NCBI GenBank assembly: GCA_902526405.1
Contig: CABZKL010000002.1
Coordinates: 9,472-73,471, forward strand
Direction of reading: 5' to 3'
Origin: an uncultured Pelagibacteraceae bacterium
GTDB lineage: Bacteria > Pseudomonadota > Alphaproteobacteria > Pelagibacterales > Pelagibacteraceae
Length of the DNA stretch: 64,000 nucleotides
Positions 9,519 through 18,800 of this stretch are shown in pieces. Numbering within the stretch: the first letter of the stretch is position 1; each line of letters opens with the position of its first letter. The notes beneath the pieces are model-generated. The model saw only the letters and a program-made list of their open reading frames with translations, had not been told where the DNA came from and ran no database searches. The translations under genes and the position numbers were made by a program.

Positions 9519-10385
9519 ATGAACATAAAAGACACCTTTGTTGCATCTTTAGTTCCTATCTTTTTAGGTTTTGGTTTCGTTATTGCAAAGCCTGCATTTG
9601 AATCTTTTCCACCAGTTTTATTGATGGGATTACGATTTATGTTTGCTGCATCTATTTTGATTTGGTGGTTTCCAATACCTATAGGCTATTTAAAAAAAAT
9701 ATTTATAGCATCCTTCATAGCAAATACTTTGCAATATAGTATAACCTACTCTGGCTTAAATTTAATTGACGCCTCAGCTGCAGTTCTTCTTGTTCAAACA
9801 GAGGTTCCTTTTGGGGTTATATTTGCTTATTTTATGCTCAGAGAAAAGCCGACCGTAAGAGCTTTAATTGGTATAAGTATTGCTTTTGTCGGTGTTTATA
9901 TTTTAACAGGATCTCCTAATTTAGATGGAAAGTTTATTGGTATAGGTCTTACTATCATAGGTTCAGCAACTTGGGCGCTTGGTCAAGTATTGGTTAAACC
10001 ATTGAGTAAAGAAATTAATCCATTGGCTTTAGTTGCGTGGTTAGCATTATTTTCAGCACCTATTTTAATAGTTTTTTCCTCAATATTTGACGGAAATACA
10101 ATTAATTATTTAAGCAATGCTAAATTTGAACATTGGATTATTGCAATTTACATTGGTTTTATAATGCAGCCAATTACTTATGGTTGCTTCTATTATGTTT
10201 TAAAAAATAATCCTTTATACAAAGTACTTCCAATTGTAACTATGGGTATTCCACCAACGGGATTGTTGGCAGCTATTTTTCTACTTGGAGAAAAACCAAC
10301 TCAAGAATTATTTATTGGTGGCGCAATAATTATAGTTGGAGTAATTTTAATTGTTTTTACAAAAAATAAAAAAGAAGAGAATTAA
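9519..10385 (+). CDS. DMT/EamA family transporter
   Basis: About 10 TM segments, FPPVLLMGLRF, LREK, LLGEK two-repeat pattern. Confidence 0.85.
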   Translation: MNIKDTFVASLVPIFLGFGFVIAKPAFESFPPVLLMGLRFMFAASILIWWFPIPIGYLKKIFIASFIANTLQYSITYSGLNLIDASAAVLLVQTEVPFGVIFAYFMLREKPTVRALIGISIAFVGVYILTGSPNLDGKFIGIGLTIIGSATWALGQVLVKPLSKEINPLALVAWLALFSAPILIVFSSIFDGNTINYLSNAKFEHWIIAIYIGFIMQPITYGCFYYVLKNNPLYKVLPIVTMGIPPTGLLAAIFLLGEKPTQELFIGGAIIIVGVILIVFTKNKKEEN

Positions 10386-10401
10386 TTTAAGTTATTTTTA
10401 A

Positions 10402-10863
10402 ATGTTGTTAAAAAGTTTTTCAGTTAAACAAGAGTGGGTTGATTATAATGATCATATGAATATGGCTTACTATGTTCTAATATTTGATCAAGCCTTGGAA
10501 GTTGCACTTGAAAAATTTAAAATGGGAGAAAGTGCAGCAAAAGATTTAAATAGAAGTACTATGGTAGTTGAAACAAATACTAAATATTTAAGTGAAGTCA
10601 AACAAGGTGAAAAATTAGATATTCACATGACTTATTTTGATCATGATAAGAAAAGACTACATATAAAAATGGAAATGATTGAAAAAAGTAAAAAAAAAAC
10701 ATCAGCAACTATAGAGTGGATATCTCTATATATAGATTTAAACCAGAGAAAAGTAACCGAATTTGAAGAAGAAAAGTTAAAATTAATGGATAAGTTTATT
10801 GAGGATAATAAAACTAAATTTGTATCTAATGATCTTCTTTTTTCCTCAAAATTAAAGAAATAA
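10402..10863 (+). CDS. Hotdog-fold acyl-CoA thioesterase (4HBT-like)
   Basis: EWVDYNDHMNMAYYVLIFD, YLSEVKQGE, DKKRLH. Confidence 0.85.
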   Translation: MLLKSFSVKQEWVDYNDHMNMAYYVLIFDQALEVALEKFKMGESAAKDLNRSTMVVETNTKYLSEVKQGEKLDIHMTYFDHDKKRLHIKMEMIEKSKKKTSATIEWISLYIDLNQRKVTEFEEEKLKLMDKFIEDNKTKFVSNDLLFSSKLKK

Positions 10864-10903
10864 TTAAATATTACAAATTCTAATAATTTGATATAGGTGC
10901 CCG

Positions 10904-11860
10904 ATGAGCACCAATAATAATCCTAAAGGTATTATTTTAATTGTTACTGCAATGACATTTTTTTCAATGCAGGATGCATTGATTAAATTTATTTATGAAC
11001 ATGCATCACTTTATGAAATTTTTTTTGGAAGATATTTTGTTGCAGCTATTTTACTGTTTGGATATATAAAATTTAGAAATCAGAAAGTTTCACTAAAGAC
11101 TTACTATCCTTCTTTAACAATATTGAGAGTTGTACTACACTTTATTGCATTTTCTGCCTTTTTTATTTCTCTAACATATATGCCGTTAGCAACCGCTAAT
11201 GCACTTTTTTTTTCCTCTCCATTTTTTGTATCAATTTTTGCAAAAGTATTTTTAAAAGAATTTATTGGTATTAGAAGATGGTCTGCAATTATATTTGGCT
11301 TTATTGGAGTTTATATAGTTTTGAATCCCGATTTTTCTAACTTTGAATATAAAAATTTATTACCAGTTTTCTCTGCCTTTTTTTATGCAGCTTCTATGAC
11401 TATTACAAAATATACCTCTGATAAAGATGACGTTAATACACAATTATTTTATTTTTATCTTATTGCTATAGCTTTGTGCGTAATAATTTTTATTTTTATG
11501 GGTAATGGGCAGTTTAATAATTCGCATTTTGACTCAACAACTCAGTTTATTTTTAGAGAATGGTTTTCAAATTTTGAGTATACTTGGAAGTTTATTTTAT
11601 TTTTTGGTTTTGTTGCTTCTATTGCATTTGTATGCATTTTTTCTGCTTATATTGTTGCTTCTCCATCTGTGGTATCACTTTTTGAATATTCTTTAATTAT
11701 TATGTCTATGATACCAGGGTTTTTGTTATTCAATGAAATTCCATCTTTAAGAACATTTTTAGGTGTTGCCTGTATTATAGCTGCTGGGATTTATATTTAT
11801 GTAAGGGAAAAAGCTAGAGATCAATATATTGCTACAAAAACACCTTTAAGAAGATCATAA
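10904..11860 (+). CDS. DMT/EamA family transporter
   Basis: FSMQDALIK, MPLATANALFFSSPFF, KEFIGIRRW, LFEYS. Confidence 0.85.
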   Translation: MSTNNNPKGIILIVTAMTFFSMQDALIKFIYEHASLYEIFFGRYFVAAILLFGYIKFRNQKVSLKTYYPSLTILRVVLHFIAFSAFFISLTYMPLATANALFFSSPFFVSIFAKVFLKEFIGIRRWSAIIFGFIGVYIVLNPDFSNFEYKNLLPVFSAFFYAASMTITKYTSDKDDVNTQLFYFYLIAIALCVIIFIFMGNGQFNNSHFDSTTQFIFREWFSNFEYTWKFILFFGFVASIAFVCIFSAYIVASPSVVSLFEYSLIIMSMIPGFLLFNEIPSLRTFLGVACIIAAGIYIYVREKARDQYIATKTPLRRS

Positions 11861-11867
11861 AATTATA

Positions 11868-11896
11868 TTGAAACTCTACTTCACTAATAATAAGGT
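11868..11896 (+). promoter_or_regulatory. Putative sigma70 promoter of the LLM operon
   Basis: TTGAAA(11868-11873)-17 nt-TAAGGT(11891-11896); SD TAAGGAGG at 11976-11983. Confidence 0.5.
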
Positions 11897-11988
11897 TCAA
11901 GTATAGAACGATACATAACTCGTCGTTAAATTCATATTTACGAAAGTGGGATCAATCGTCTTAGATTTAATTATTTAAGGAGGTTCGA

Positions 11989-13155
11989 ATGAAGTTTGGA
12001 TATTTTTGCAACACCACTAACTGGGATCACAAACCCTATAAACAATTACTAGATGAAACAAAAGAGATAACAACTTATTGTGATAAGAATAATTGGGACT
12101 CTATTTGGTATACCGAGCATCATTTTAATCATGAAGGTATGGAGTCGTGCACTAATCCATTAATGATGGGTGTTGATGCAGCTGCTAGAACTAAACAAAT
12201 AAAAATTGGGCAAGCATGTAATGTTATTACATTTCATAATCCGTTAAGACTCGCTGAAGATATTGCTTTATTAGATCAATTATCAAATGGAAGAGCTATA
12301 GTTGGTATTGGAAGAGGAATTTATGGAAGAGAGGCAATGAATTTAAATAAAGAAGCTGATCTTAAGGACCAAGCAAAAAATTTTAGACTGTTTGAAGAAT
12401 CTCTAACAATAATGAAAAAAGCATGGACTGAGGATTTTTTTAGTCATAAAGGTGAATTCTATACTTATCCATCACCAAATTTTGTTTGGCAACACGATAT
12501 GAGTCCTCCAAACAAAGAATTTGTGGATATTGAAACAAACGAGATGAAAAAAATAAGTGTAGTTCCAAAACCTAAACAAAGCCCCCACCCACCTATTTGG
12601 CAAGTAGTAGATGGAGCAAGATCAATTGAATGGGCTGCACAAAATGGTTTGAACACTATTATGTGGATACCTACTGTTAAAGCTCTTAAAAAAAGATTTG
12701 AGATATTTAGAGATGCAAAGTCAAAAGCAGAGAACAGAGAAGTTCCCTTAGGTGAAGGTATATCTTTAGTCAGAGATATGTTTGTTGCAGAAACAATGGA
12801 AGAAGCAGAAAAATTAGCAGGTGATCATATTATAAATTATATGAGATGGGTTTGTCATTGGCGAGGATTGGGAAATCATATGGACCCAGGTGAAGAATTA
12901 CCAGAAACAAAACATAAATTAGATTTATTAAATTATGAATTTTTACATAAAAGAAATTTATTGTTTGGCACTCCAGAGTATGTTGTTAATAAGATTAATG
13001 AACTAAAATCAGAGTTGAATTTACAAAATCTCCAAGTTTGGTCTAACTTTCCTGGAATAGATCATGAAGCTTGTATGAGAAGTATTAAATTATTTAATGA
13101 CGAAGTAATTCCAAAAATAAATTTAGACAGTTCTAATATAGAAAAAGCAAGTTAA
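11989..13155 (+). CDS. LLM-class (luciferase-like) flavin-dependent monooxygenase
   Basis: IWYTEHHF, HNPLRLAEDIALLDQLSNGR, GIGRG, PKPKQSPHPPIW, LFGTPEYV. Confidence 0.92.
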   Translation: MKFGYFCNTTNWDHKPYKQLLDETKEITTYCDKNNWDSIWYTEHHFNHEGMESCTNPLMMGVDAAARTKQIKIGQACNVITFHNPLRLAEDIALLDQLSNGRAIVGIGRGIYGREAMNLNKEADLKDQAKNFRLFEESLTIMKKAWTEDFFSHKGEFYTYPSPNFVWQHDMSPPNKEFVDIETNEMKKISVVPKPKQSPHPPIWQVVDGARSIEWAAQNGLNTIMWIPTVKALKKRFEIFRDAKSKAENREVPLGEGISLVRDMFVAETMEEAEKLAGDHIINYMRWVCHWRGLGNHMDPGEELPETKHKLDLLNYEFLHKRNLLFGTPEYVVNKINELKSELNLQNLQVWSNFPGIDHEACMRSIKLFNDEVIPKINLDSSNIEKAS

Positions 13156-13739
13156 TGAATTTAGAAATAAGAAAGTTTACAAAATTTGTAGACAAAACTT
13201 TTATTGAGGGTGGAAAAAAAGCTAAGGAGCCAGTTTTATTAGTTTCTGTAGCTGTAGTTTTTAAAAATCCATGGCACGGGCAAGGTTTTGTTGAAGACCT
13301 TAGACCAACTATTTTAGACTTAGCTCCTAAACTTGGGGATATGCTTGTACCTGAATTAATTAAAGAGATGGAGTCACCTGATAAAATACTTGCATATGGA
13401 AAAGCTGGAGTTGTTGGATTAAATGGAGAGATAGAGCATGCATCAGCATTTATTCACACATTAAGATTTGGGAATAAATTTAGAGATGCGGTTGGTGGCA
13501 CATCTTATTTGAGTTTTACAAATACAAGAGGGCCAGCTGGCTCAAAAATATCAATTCCAATGATGCACAAAACAGACTCTGGTTTAAGACCATACTATTT
13601 AACTCATGAGTTCACAATTCACGACGCACCATTTGATGACGAAGTTGTGATAGCTATAGGAGGCGCTTCAAGTGGAAGAGCGCATGCAAGAACAGGTGAT
13701 AGATATCAGGATATGAAAGAGATGGGCATTAAAAATTAA
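13155..13739 (+). CDS. 'Amino acid synthesis' family protein (DUF1185-like), function unknown
   Basis: AVVFKNPWHG, AYGKAGVVGLNGEIEHASA, IPMMHK, DAPFDDEVVIAIG..GRAHAR. Confidence 0.8.
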   Translation: MNLEIRKFTKFVDKTFIEGGKKAKEPVLLVSVAVVFKNPWHGQGFVEDLRPTILDLAPKLGDMLVPELIKEMESPDKILAYGKAGVVGLNGEIEHASAFIHTLRFGNKFRDAVGGTSYLSFTNTRGPAGSKISIPMMHKTDSGLRPYYLTHEFTIHDAPFDDEVVIAIGGASSGRAHARTGDRYQDMKEMGIKN

Positions 13740-13742
13740 AAA

Positions 13743-14528
13743 ATGCTTTATAATTTTGATAGAAGTCAAAATCATTATTATTTTAATAATAAAAATTCAG
13801 TTCCAATAATATTTATACACGGACTCGGATTAAATCAATCAATGTGGAAACCACAAATTGATTTTTTTAAAAACAACTCTTTTGTAACCTATGATCTTTT
13901 AGGGCACGGCAAGACCCCATTTAGTGAAAATATACTAACAATGAAAAAACTTGCTAACCAATTATTAGTTTTGATTGAGAATTTGAAAATAAATAAATTT
14001 CATTTAGTTGGTTTTTCTATTGGAGCATTAGTAGCAATTGAGTTTGCTACAAATTATGAAAAATATTTAAATTCTTTAACTTTAATTTCTACAACCTACA
14101 AAAGATCAAAAGATGAAAGACAAAAAGTTATTGATAGGGTAAATTTAGCAAAAAAAAATATGCCGATTTCTCAAATGGCAATGAAAAGATGGTTCTCTGA
14201 CGATTATCTTAAAAAAAACCCTGATCTTTATCAAGAATTCCTAGTAACTCTCAATAAGGAGGGAGTTAACCAAGAGAATTTTATTAAAACTTATGAGTTA
14301 TTTGCAAATTATCAAGATAGCCCAGAAAAAATAAAAAAAATAAAAACTAATACCTTAATAATTGCAGGTTCAGAAGATACGGGGTCTACTCCAAATATGT
14401 CTAAAAATTTAAATAAAGATATTCAAAATTCACAATATTTAGAAATTAAAAATGGGAAACACTTCACTACTATTGAATATGCAGATGAAGTAAATAATGC
14501 AATAATGAAACATTTTAATAATGCCTGA
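13743..14528 (+). CDS. Alpha/beta hydrolase (PcaD-like)
   Basis: FIHGLG, YDLLGHG, nucleophile elbow GFSIG, GSED, late His (GKH). Confidence 0.85.
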   Translation: MLYNFDRSQNHYYFNNKNSVPIIFIHGLGLNQSMWKPQIDFFKNNSFVTYDLLGHGKTPFSENILTMKKLANQLLVLIENLKINKFHLVGFSIGALVAIEFATNYEKYLNSLTLISTTYKRSKDERQKVIDRVNLAKKNMPISQMAMKRWFSDDYLKKNPDLYQEFLVTLNKEGVNQENFIKTYELFANYQDSPEKIKKIKTNTLIIAGSEDTGSTPNMSKNLNKDIQNSQYLEIKNGKHFTTIEYADEVNNAIMKHFNNA

Positions 14529-16002
14529 ACTTAAAAAATATAAAATGTTTATTGATGGAGAGTGGGTAGACTCTGAAAGTAAAAAAACTTTTGAGACCTT
14601 AAACCCTGAAAACAATGAACCATGGGCGATTGCGCCTGAAGCAAGCGCAAAGGATGTTGATAGAGCGGTAAAAGCTGCACAAAAAGCTTTTGAAGGTGAA
14701 TGGCCAAAATTACTTCCAAGAGATAGAGCTAAATTTTTGAGGGCAATTGCTGATCAGTTAAGAAAAAATGCAGAGATGCTGGGTGAAATAGAAACAATTG
14801 ATACAGGAAAACTTTTTAGAGAAACAAAACAGCAAGCAACTTATATTGCGGAATACTATGATTATTATGCAGGATTAGCTGATAAAGTTGAAGGTACAGT
14901 CCTTCCAATAGATAAACCCAATGTGCAAGCGATAACAACAAGAATACCTATTGGAGTCGTTGCCGCAATTATTCCCTGGAACTCTCAAATGTTTTTGACT
15001 GCAACTAAATTGGCACCAGCACTTGCAATGGGAAATACTGTTGTTATAAAATCTTCAGAACTTGCACCTGCAGTCTTATTTGAATTTGCAAGGCTTGTTG
15101 AGAAAACTGGTATACCTAAAGGAGTGGTTAATGTAATTACAGGATTTGGTGATCCATGTGGTAAAACTTTAACAACACATAATCTTGTAGAAAAAATTGC
15201 ATTTACTGGAGGACCAGAGACTGCAAGACGTATAATTAAAAATTCGGCAGAAAATCTTTCTGAGGTAAGTTTAGAGCTTGGCGGAAAAAGTCCTGTTGCC
15301 GTATTTGATGATGCAGAACAAGAAAATGCGATCAATGGAATTACAGCTGGAATATTTGGTGCGAGTGGACAAAGTTGTATTGCAGGTTCAAGACTTTATA
15401 TACAAAAAGGAATTTATAATGAATTTCTAGATAAACTTTCTAGCAGAGCATCCAAAATAAAAATAGGAGCTCCGATGGATCTAGATACAGAGATGGGTCC
15501 TTTAAGTAGTTTTAAACAATTAGAAACAATTGAAAAAAATATAAAAGATACAATTGATCAAGGTGGGAAGATTAAATGTGGTGGTAAAAGAGACTCATTT
15601 TCTAACAAAGGATATTACTTTCCACCAACAATTATTGAATGTGATAATCATAATCTGCCTACTGCTGAAAATGAATTATTTGGGCCTGTATTGTCAGTAA
15701 TGAAATTTGATACTGAAGATGAAGTAATTAGTAAAATGAACGATAATCAATATGGTTTATCATCTGGCGTTTACACAAGTAATTTATCTAGAGGCATGCG
15801 AGTTTCTAAAGCAATAAGAGCTGGAATTACTTTTGTGAATACTTATAGGTTAATCTCACCTTCAGCTCCATTTGGAGGTATCAAAGATAGTGGCTACGGC
15901 AAAGAAGCTGGGGTAGATTCTATTAAAGATTATACAAGAGTGAAAACGACCTGGTTTTATACATCTGATGAACCTTCATTAGACCCATTCTCAATTAGAT
16001 AA
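14521..16002 (+). CDS. NAD(P)-dependent aldehyde dehydrogenase
   Basis: IPWN, FTGG, LELGGKSP, GQSCIAGSR, ELFGPV, PFGGIKDSGYGKE. Confidence 0.95.
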   Translation: MPELKKYKMFIDGEWVDSESKKTFETLNPENNEPWAIAPEASAKDVDRAVKAAQKAFEGEWPKLLPRDRAKFLRAIADQLRKNAEMLGEIETIDTGKLFRETKQQATYIAEYYDYYAGLADKVEGTVLPIDKPNVQAITTRIPIGVVAAIIPWNSQMFLTATKLAPALAMGNTVVIKSSELAPAVLFEFARLVEKTGIPKGVVNVITGFGDPCGKTLTTHNLVEKIAFTGGPETARRIIKNSAENLSEVSLELGGKSPVAVFDDAEQENAINGITAGIFGASGQSCIAGSRLYIQKGIYNEFLDKLSSRASKIKIGAPMDLDTEMGPLSSFKQLETIEKNIKDTIDQGGKIKCGGKRDSFSNKGYYFPPTIIECDNHNLPTAENELFGPVLSVMKFDTEDEVISKMNDNQYGLSSGVYTSNLSRGMRVSKAIRAGITFVNTYRLISPSAPFGGIKDSGYGKEAGVDSIKDYTRVKTTWFYTSDEPSLDPFSIR

Positions 16003-16113
16003 ATCATTTTCTGCGATAAACTGCTTTAAAATATGATAATTTAGTCATTGAATATTCAAATTATTCATAATTAAATTAGCTTTTATAAATTGTTAACAAT
16101 ATAGAGGAAGATA

Positions 16114-17304
16114 ATGAGAAAACTATTTATCGCTGTATTTATGTTTGTTTCTAGTTTTGGATCAAATGTAATGGCAGACGGACATGCTATCAAGATGGGG
16201 ATTATCTTAGGATTCACAGGTCCTATTGAGTCTCTTACACCAGCAATGGCAGCATCAGCAGAGCTTGCATTCAAAGAAGCTTCTGACTCAGGTTCGCTAT
16301 TAGGTGGAAAAAAAATTGAACCAGTAAGAGCAGACTCAACTTGTGTTGATTCAGCAGCAGCAACAGCAGCAGCTGAAGGAGTTATTTCACAAGGTGTAGC
16401 AGCTATTATGGGAGCTGATTGTTCAGGTGTAACTGGCGCTATTGCATCAAACGTTGCTGTACCAAACGGTGTAGTAATGATTTCACCCTCAGCAACATCT
16501 CCAGGATTAACTACTTTAGATGATAATGGATACTTCTTTAGAACGGCTCCATCTGACGCTAGAGGTGGTCAAATTCTTGCAGATATTACAAAAGATAGAA
16601 AAGTTAAAAGTGTAGCTATTACTTATACAAATAATGACTATGGAAAAGGTTTAGCTGACGTATATGAAGCAGCTGTTAAAGCTCATGGCATTAAAGTAAC
16701 AACAGTAACTGCTCACGAAGACGGTAAAGCTGACTATTCATCAGAAGTTGCAACACTTGCTTCAGCTGGTGGAGACGCCGTAGCTGTAATTGGATATCTT
16801 GACCAAGGTGGAAAAGGAATTATACAAGCTTCTTTAGACTCTGGAGCATTTGATAAATTTATTTTATCTGATGGTATGATCGGTCAATCTTTGGTTGATG
16901 CATTCGGAAAAGATTTAAGTAAATCTTTTGGATCTATGCCTGGTTCTACTGGAAAAGGTGCTGGTGTTTTTGCTGATGTTGCAAAGGCAAGTGGTATAGA
17001 CTCTTCTGGACCTTATACAGGGGAATCATACGATGCAGCAGCTTTAATCGTTTTAGCTATGCAAGCTGGGAATTCAGCTGACAGAGGTTCTATTGCAAAA
17101 AATGTAATGGACGTAGCTAATGCACCAGGGACTAAAATTTATCCAGGTGAGCTAAAAAAAGGTTTAGATTTACTAGCTAAAGGTAAAAAGGTTAATTACG
17201 AAGGTGCAACCGGAGTAACTTTTACTGCAGTTGGTGAAGCTGAAGGTTCTTTTTTAGAACAAGAAATTAAAGGTGGAAAATTTAAAACTAAAAAACAAAG
17301 ATAA
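16114..17304 (+). CDS. Branched-chain amino acid-type ABC substrate-binding protein (LivJ family)
   Basis: Signal peptide, GADCSG, MISPSATSP, YFFRTAPSD, NNDYGKG, YDAAAL; SD GAGG. Confidence 0.88.
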   Translation: MRKLFIAVFMFVSSFGSNVMADGHAIKMGIILGFTGPIESLTPAMAASAELAFKEASDSGSLLGGKKIEPVRADSTCVDSAAATAAAEGVISQGVAAIMGADCSGVTGAIASNVAVPNGVVMISPSATSPGLTTLDDNGYFFRTAPSDARGGQILADITKDRKVKSVAITYTNNDYGKGLADVYEAAVKAHGIKVTTVTAHEDGKADYSSEVATLASAGGDAVAVIGYLDQGGKGIIQASLDSGAFDKFILSDGMIGQSLVDAFGKDLSKSFGSMPGSTGKGAGVFADVAKASGIDSSGPYTGESYDAAALIVLAMQAGNSADRGSIAKNVMDVANAPGTKIYPGELKKGLDLLAKGKKVNYEGATGVTFTAVGEAEGSFLEQEIKGGKFKTKKQR

Positions 17305-17317
17305 TTTTTACCTATAT

Positions 17318-17351
17318 AAAACCCCAGTAGCGAAAGTTATTGGGGTTTTTT
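17318..17351. terminator. Intrinsic terminator between convergent operons, probably bidirectional
   Basis: AAAACCCCAGTAGC-GAAA-GTTATTGGGGTTTT stem-loop with flanking A and T tracts. Confidence 0.85.
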
Positions 17352-17354
17352 ATT

Positions 17355-17423
17355 TTAAAACATATACTTGTCTGCCATATACATGGCCCAAGCAATTGCG
17401 GCACCTAATATTATATATTTCAT
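17355..17423 (-). CDS. Unannotated 22-aa hydrophobic small protein MKYIILGAAIAWAMYMADKYMF
   Basis: Hand-translated; ATG 6 nt after the livM stop, TAA 3 nt before the terminator, filling the spacer. Confidence 0.55.
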   Translation of the reverse strand: MKYIILGAAIAWAMYMADKYMF

Positions 17424-17429
17424 AATTAC

Positions 17430-18800
17430 TTATTTTATTTCTATTTTTTCAGGAAGTATACCTTTAGGTCTATACCTCATTATTAATAACAAACCTAAAC
17501 CCATCATTAAAAATCTAAAGTATGGTACACTCTCTATTAAATGAAGTTTAAGAGCATGAGTTTCTGACATTCCTGCAGTAAAAAAGTTAATTAAGAATAA
17601 TGCAATTGGAGCAGCCTCTATCCATAAGAACCAAACTGCAAAACCACCCAATATAGCTCCAAAATTATTACCACTTCCCCCAACAATAACCATAACCCAT
17701 ATCAAAAAAGTATATCTCATAGGTCTGTAACTTCCTGGGGTAAACAACCCATCTTGTGTAACTAACATTGCTCCTGCAATTCCTACAATTGCTGAACCTA
17801 AAATAAAAATTAATAAATGCTGTTTAACAACATTTTTTCCCATTGCATTTGCTGCTTCCTCATTATCTCTGATGGCTCTCATCATTCTGCCCCATGGAGA
17901 ATAAAGAGCCTTTTGTGTAAGGATTAATAAAATAATTACTACTGTCAAAAATAATCCTGAATAACAAAGTTTTACAAAGATAGATGAGCCTTCAATTACA
18001 AGTTGATTTAATGCAGCTTGTCGATCAGATAAATTAGAAATTAATTCTAATTTTCCTGAATTAAATTTTTCAACCAAATTTATAAACCAATCTGTTGATT
18101 GAAGATCTACCTCATAAGGAGCAGGTCTTTTAAGGCCAATTACATTTTTAACACCTCTGGTTAACCAGTCCTCATGTTTTATAATTGCTATGACAATTTC
18201 TGATATTAAAAGAGTAGCAATCGCTAAATAGTCCGCTCTTAAGCCTAAGGCTACTTTTCCAATAATAAATGCCAAACCTCCTGCAAAAAAAGCACCAACA
18301 ATCCATGAAAAAATAATTGGTAATCCAAAACCACCTAAAAAACCAGTCTTGGCCGGATTAACTGCTTCAATAGCTTCTATACCTGGCTCTGCTGAAAATC
18401 TTATTAATAAAATTCCTGAAATAATTATTACAGCAATACTGTATGTTCTCATTTTGGATTTATTAAATCTTTTTAAAATAAATCTTATTATTAATACCAT
18501 TGCTATAATAAGCCAGAGAGACATCAGTATATCAAAACCTCCAGCACTCCATGCTTCTTGAACTGGATCAACAGAAATTAAAACTGCAGCTAGTCCTCCC
18601 AAAGCTGTGTATCCCATAATTCCAAAATTTATTAATCCTGCATAGCCCCATTGAATATTAGCGCCCATAGTCATAACAGCAGAGATTAAACAGAGGTTAA
18701 ATATAGATAATGCAATATTCCAAGATTGAAAAATTCCAACCAATATTATTAAGGCCATCATAATACTGTATGCTGCAATTACATTTAAATTCTTTCTCAC
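17430..18800 (-). CDS. livM: Liv-family ABC permease (LivM-like)
   Basis: NIQWGYAGLINFG, LRADYLAIATL, SPWGRMMRAIRDNE, VIVGGSGN, RPKGILPE. Confidence 0.88.
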   Translation of the reverse strand: MRKNLNVIAAYSIMMALIILVGIFQSWNIALSIFNLCLISAVMTMGANIQWGYAGLINFGIMGYTALGGLAAVLISVDPVQEAWSAGGFDILMSLWLIIAMVLIIRFILKRFNKSKMRTYSIAVIIISGILLIRFSAEPGIEAIEAVNPAKTGFLGGFGLPIIFSWIVGAFFAGGLAFIIGKVALGLRADYLAIATLLISEIVIAIIKHEDWLTRGVKNVIGLKRPAPYEVDLQSTDWFINLVEKFNSGKLELISNLSDRQAALNQLVIEGSSIFVKLCYSGLFLTVVIILLILTQKALYSPWGRMMRAIRDNEEAANAMGKNVVKQHLLIFILGSAIVGIAGAMLVTQDGLFTPGSYRPMRYTFLIWVMVIVGGSGNNFGAILGGFAVWFLWIEAAPIALFLINFFTAGMSETHALKLHLIESVPYFRFLMMGLGLLLIMRYRPKGILPEKIEIK

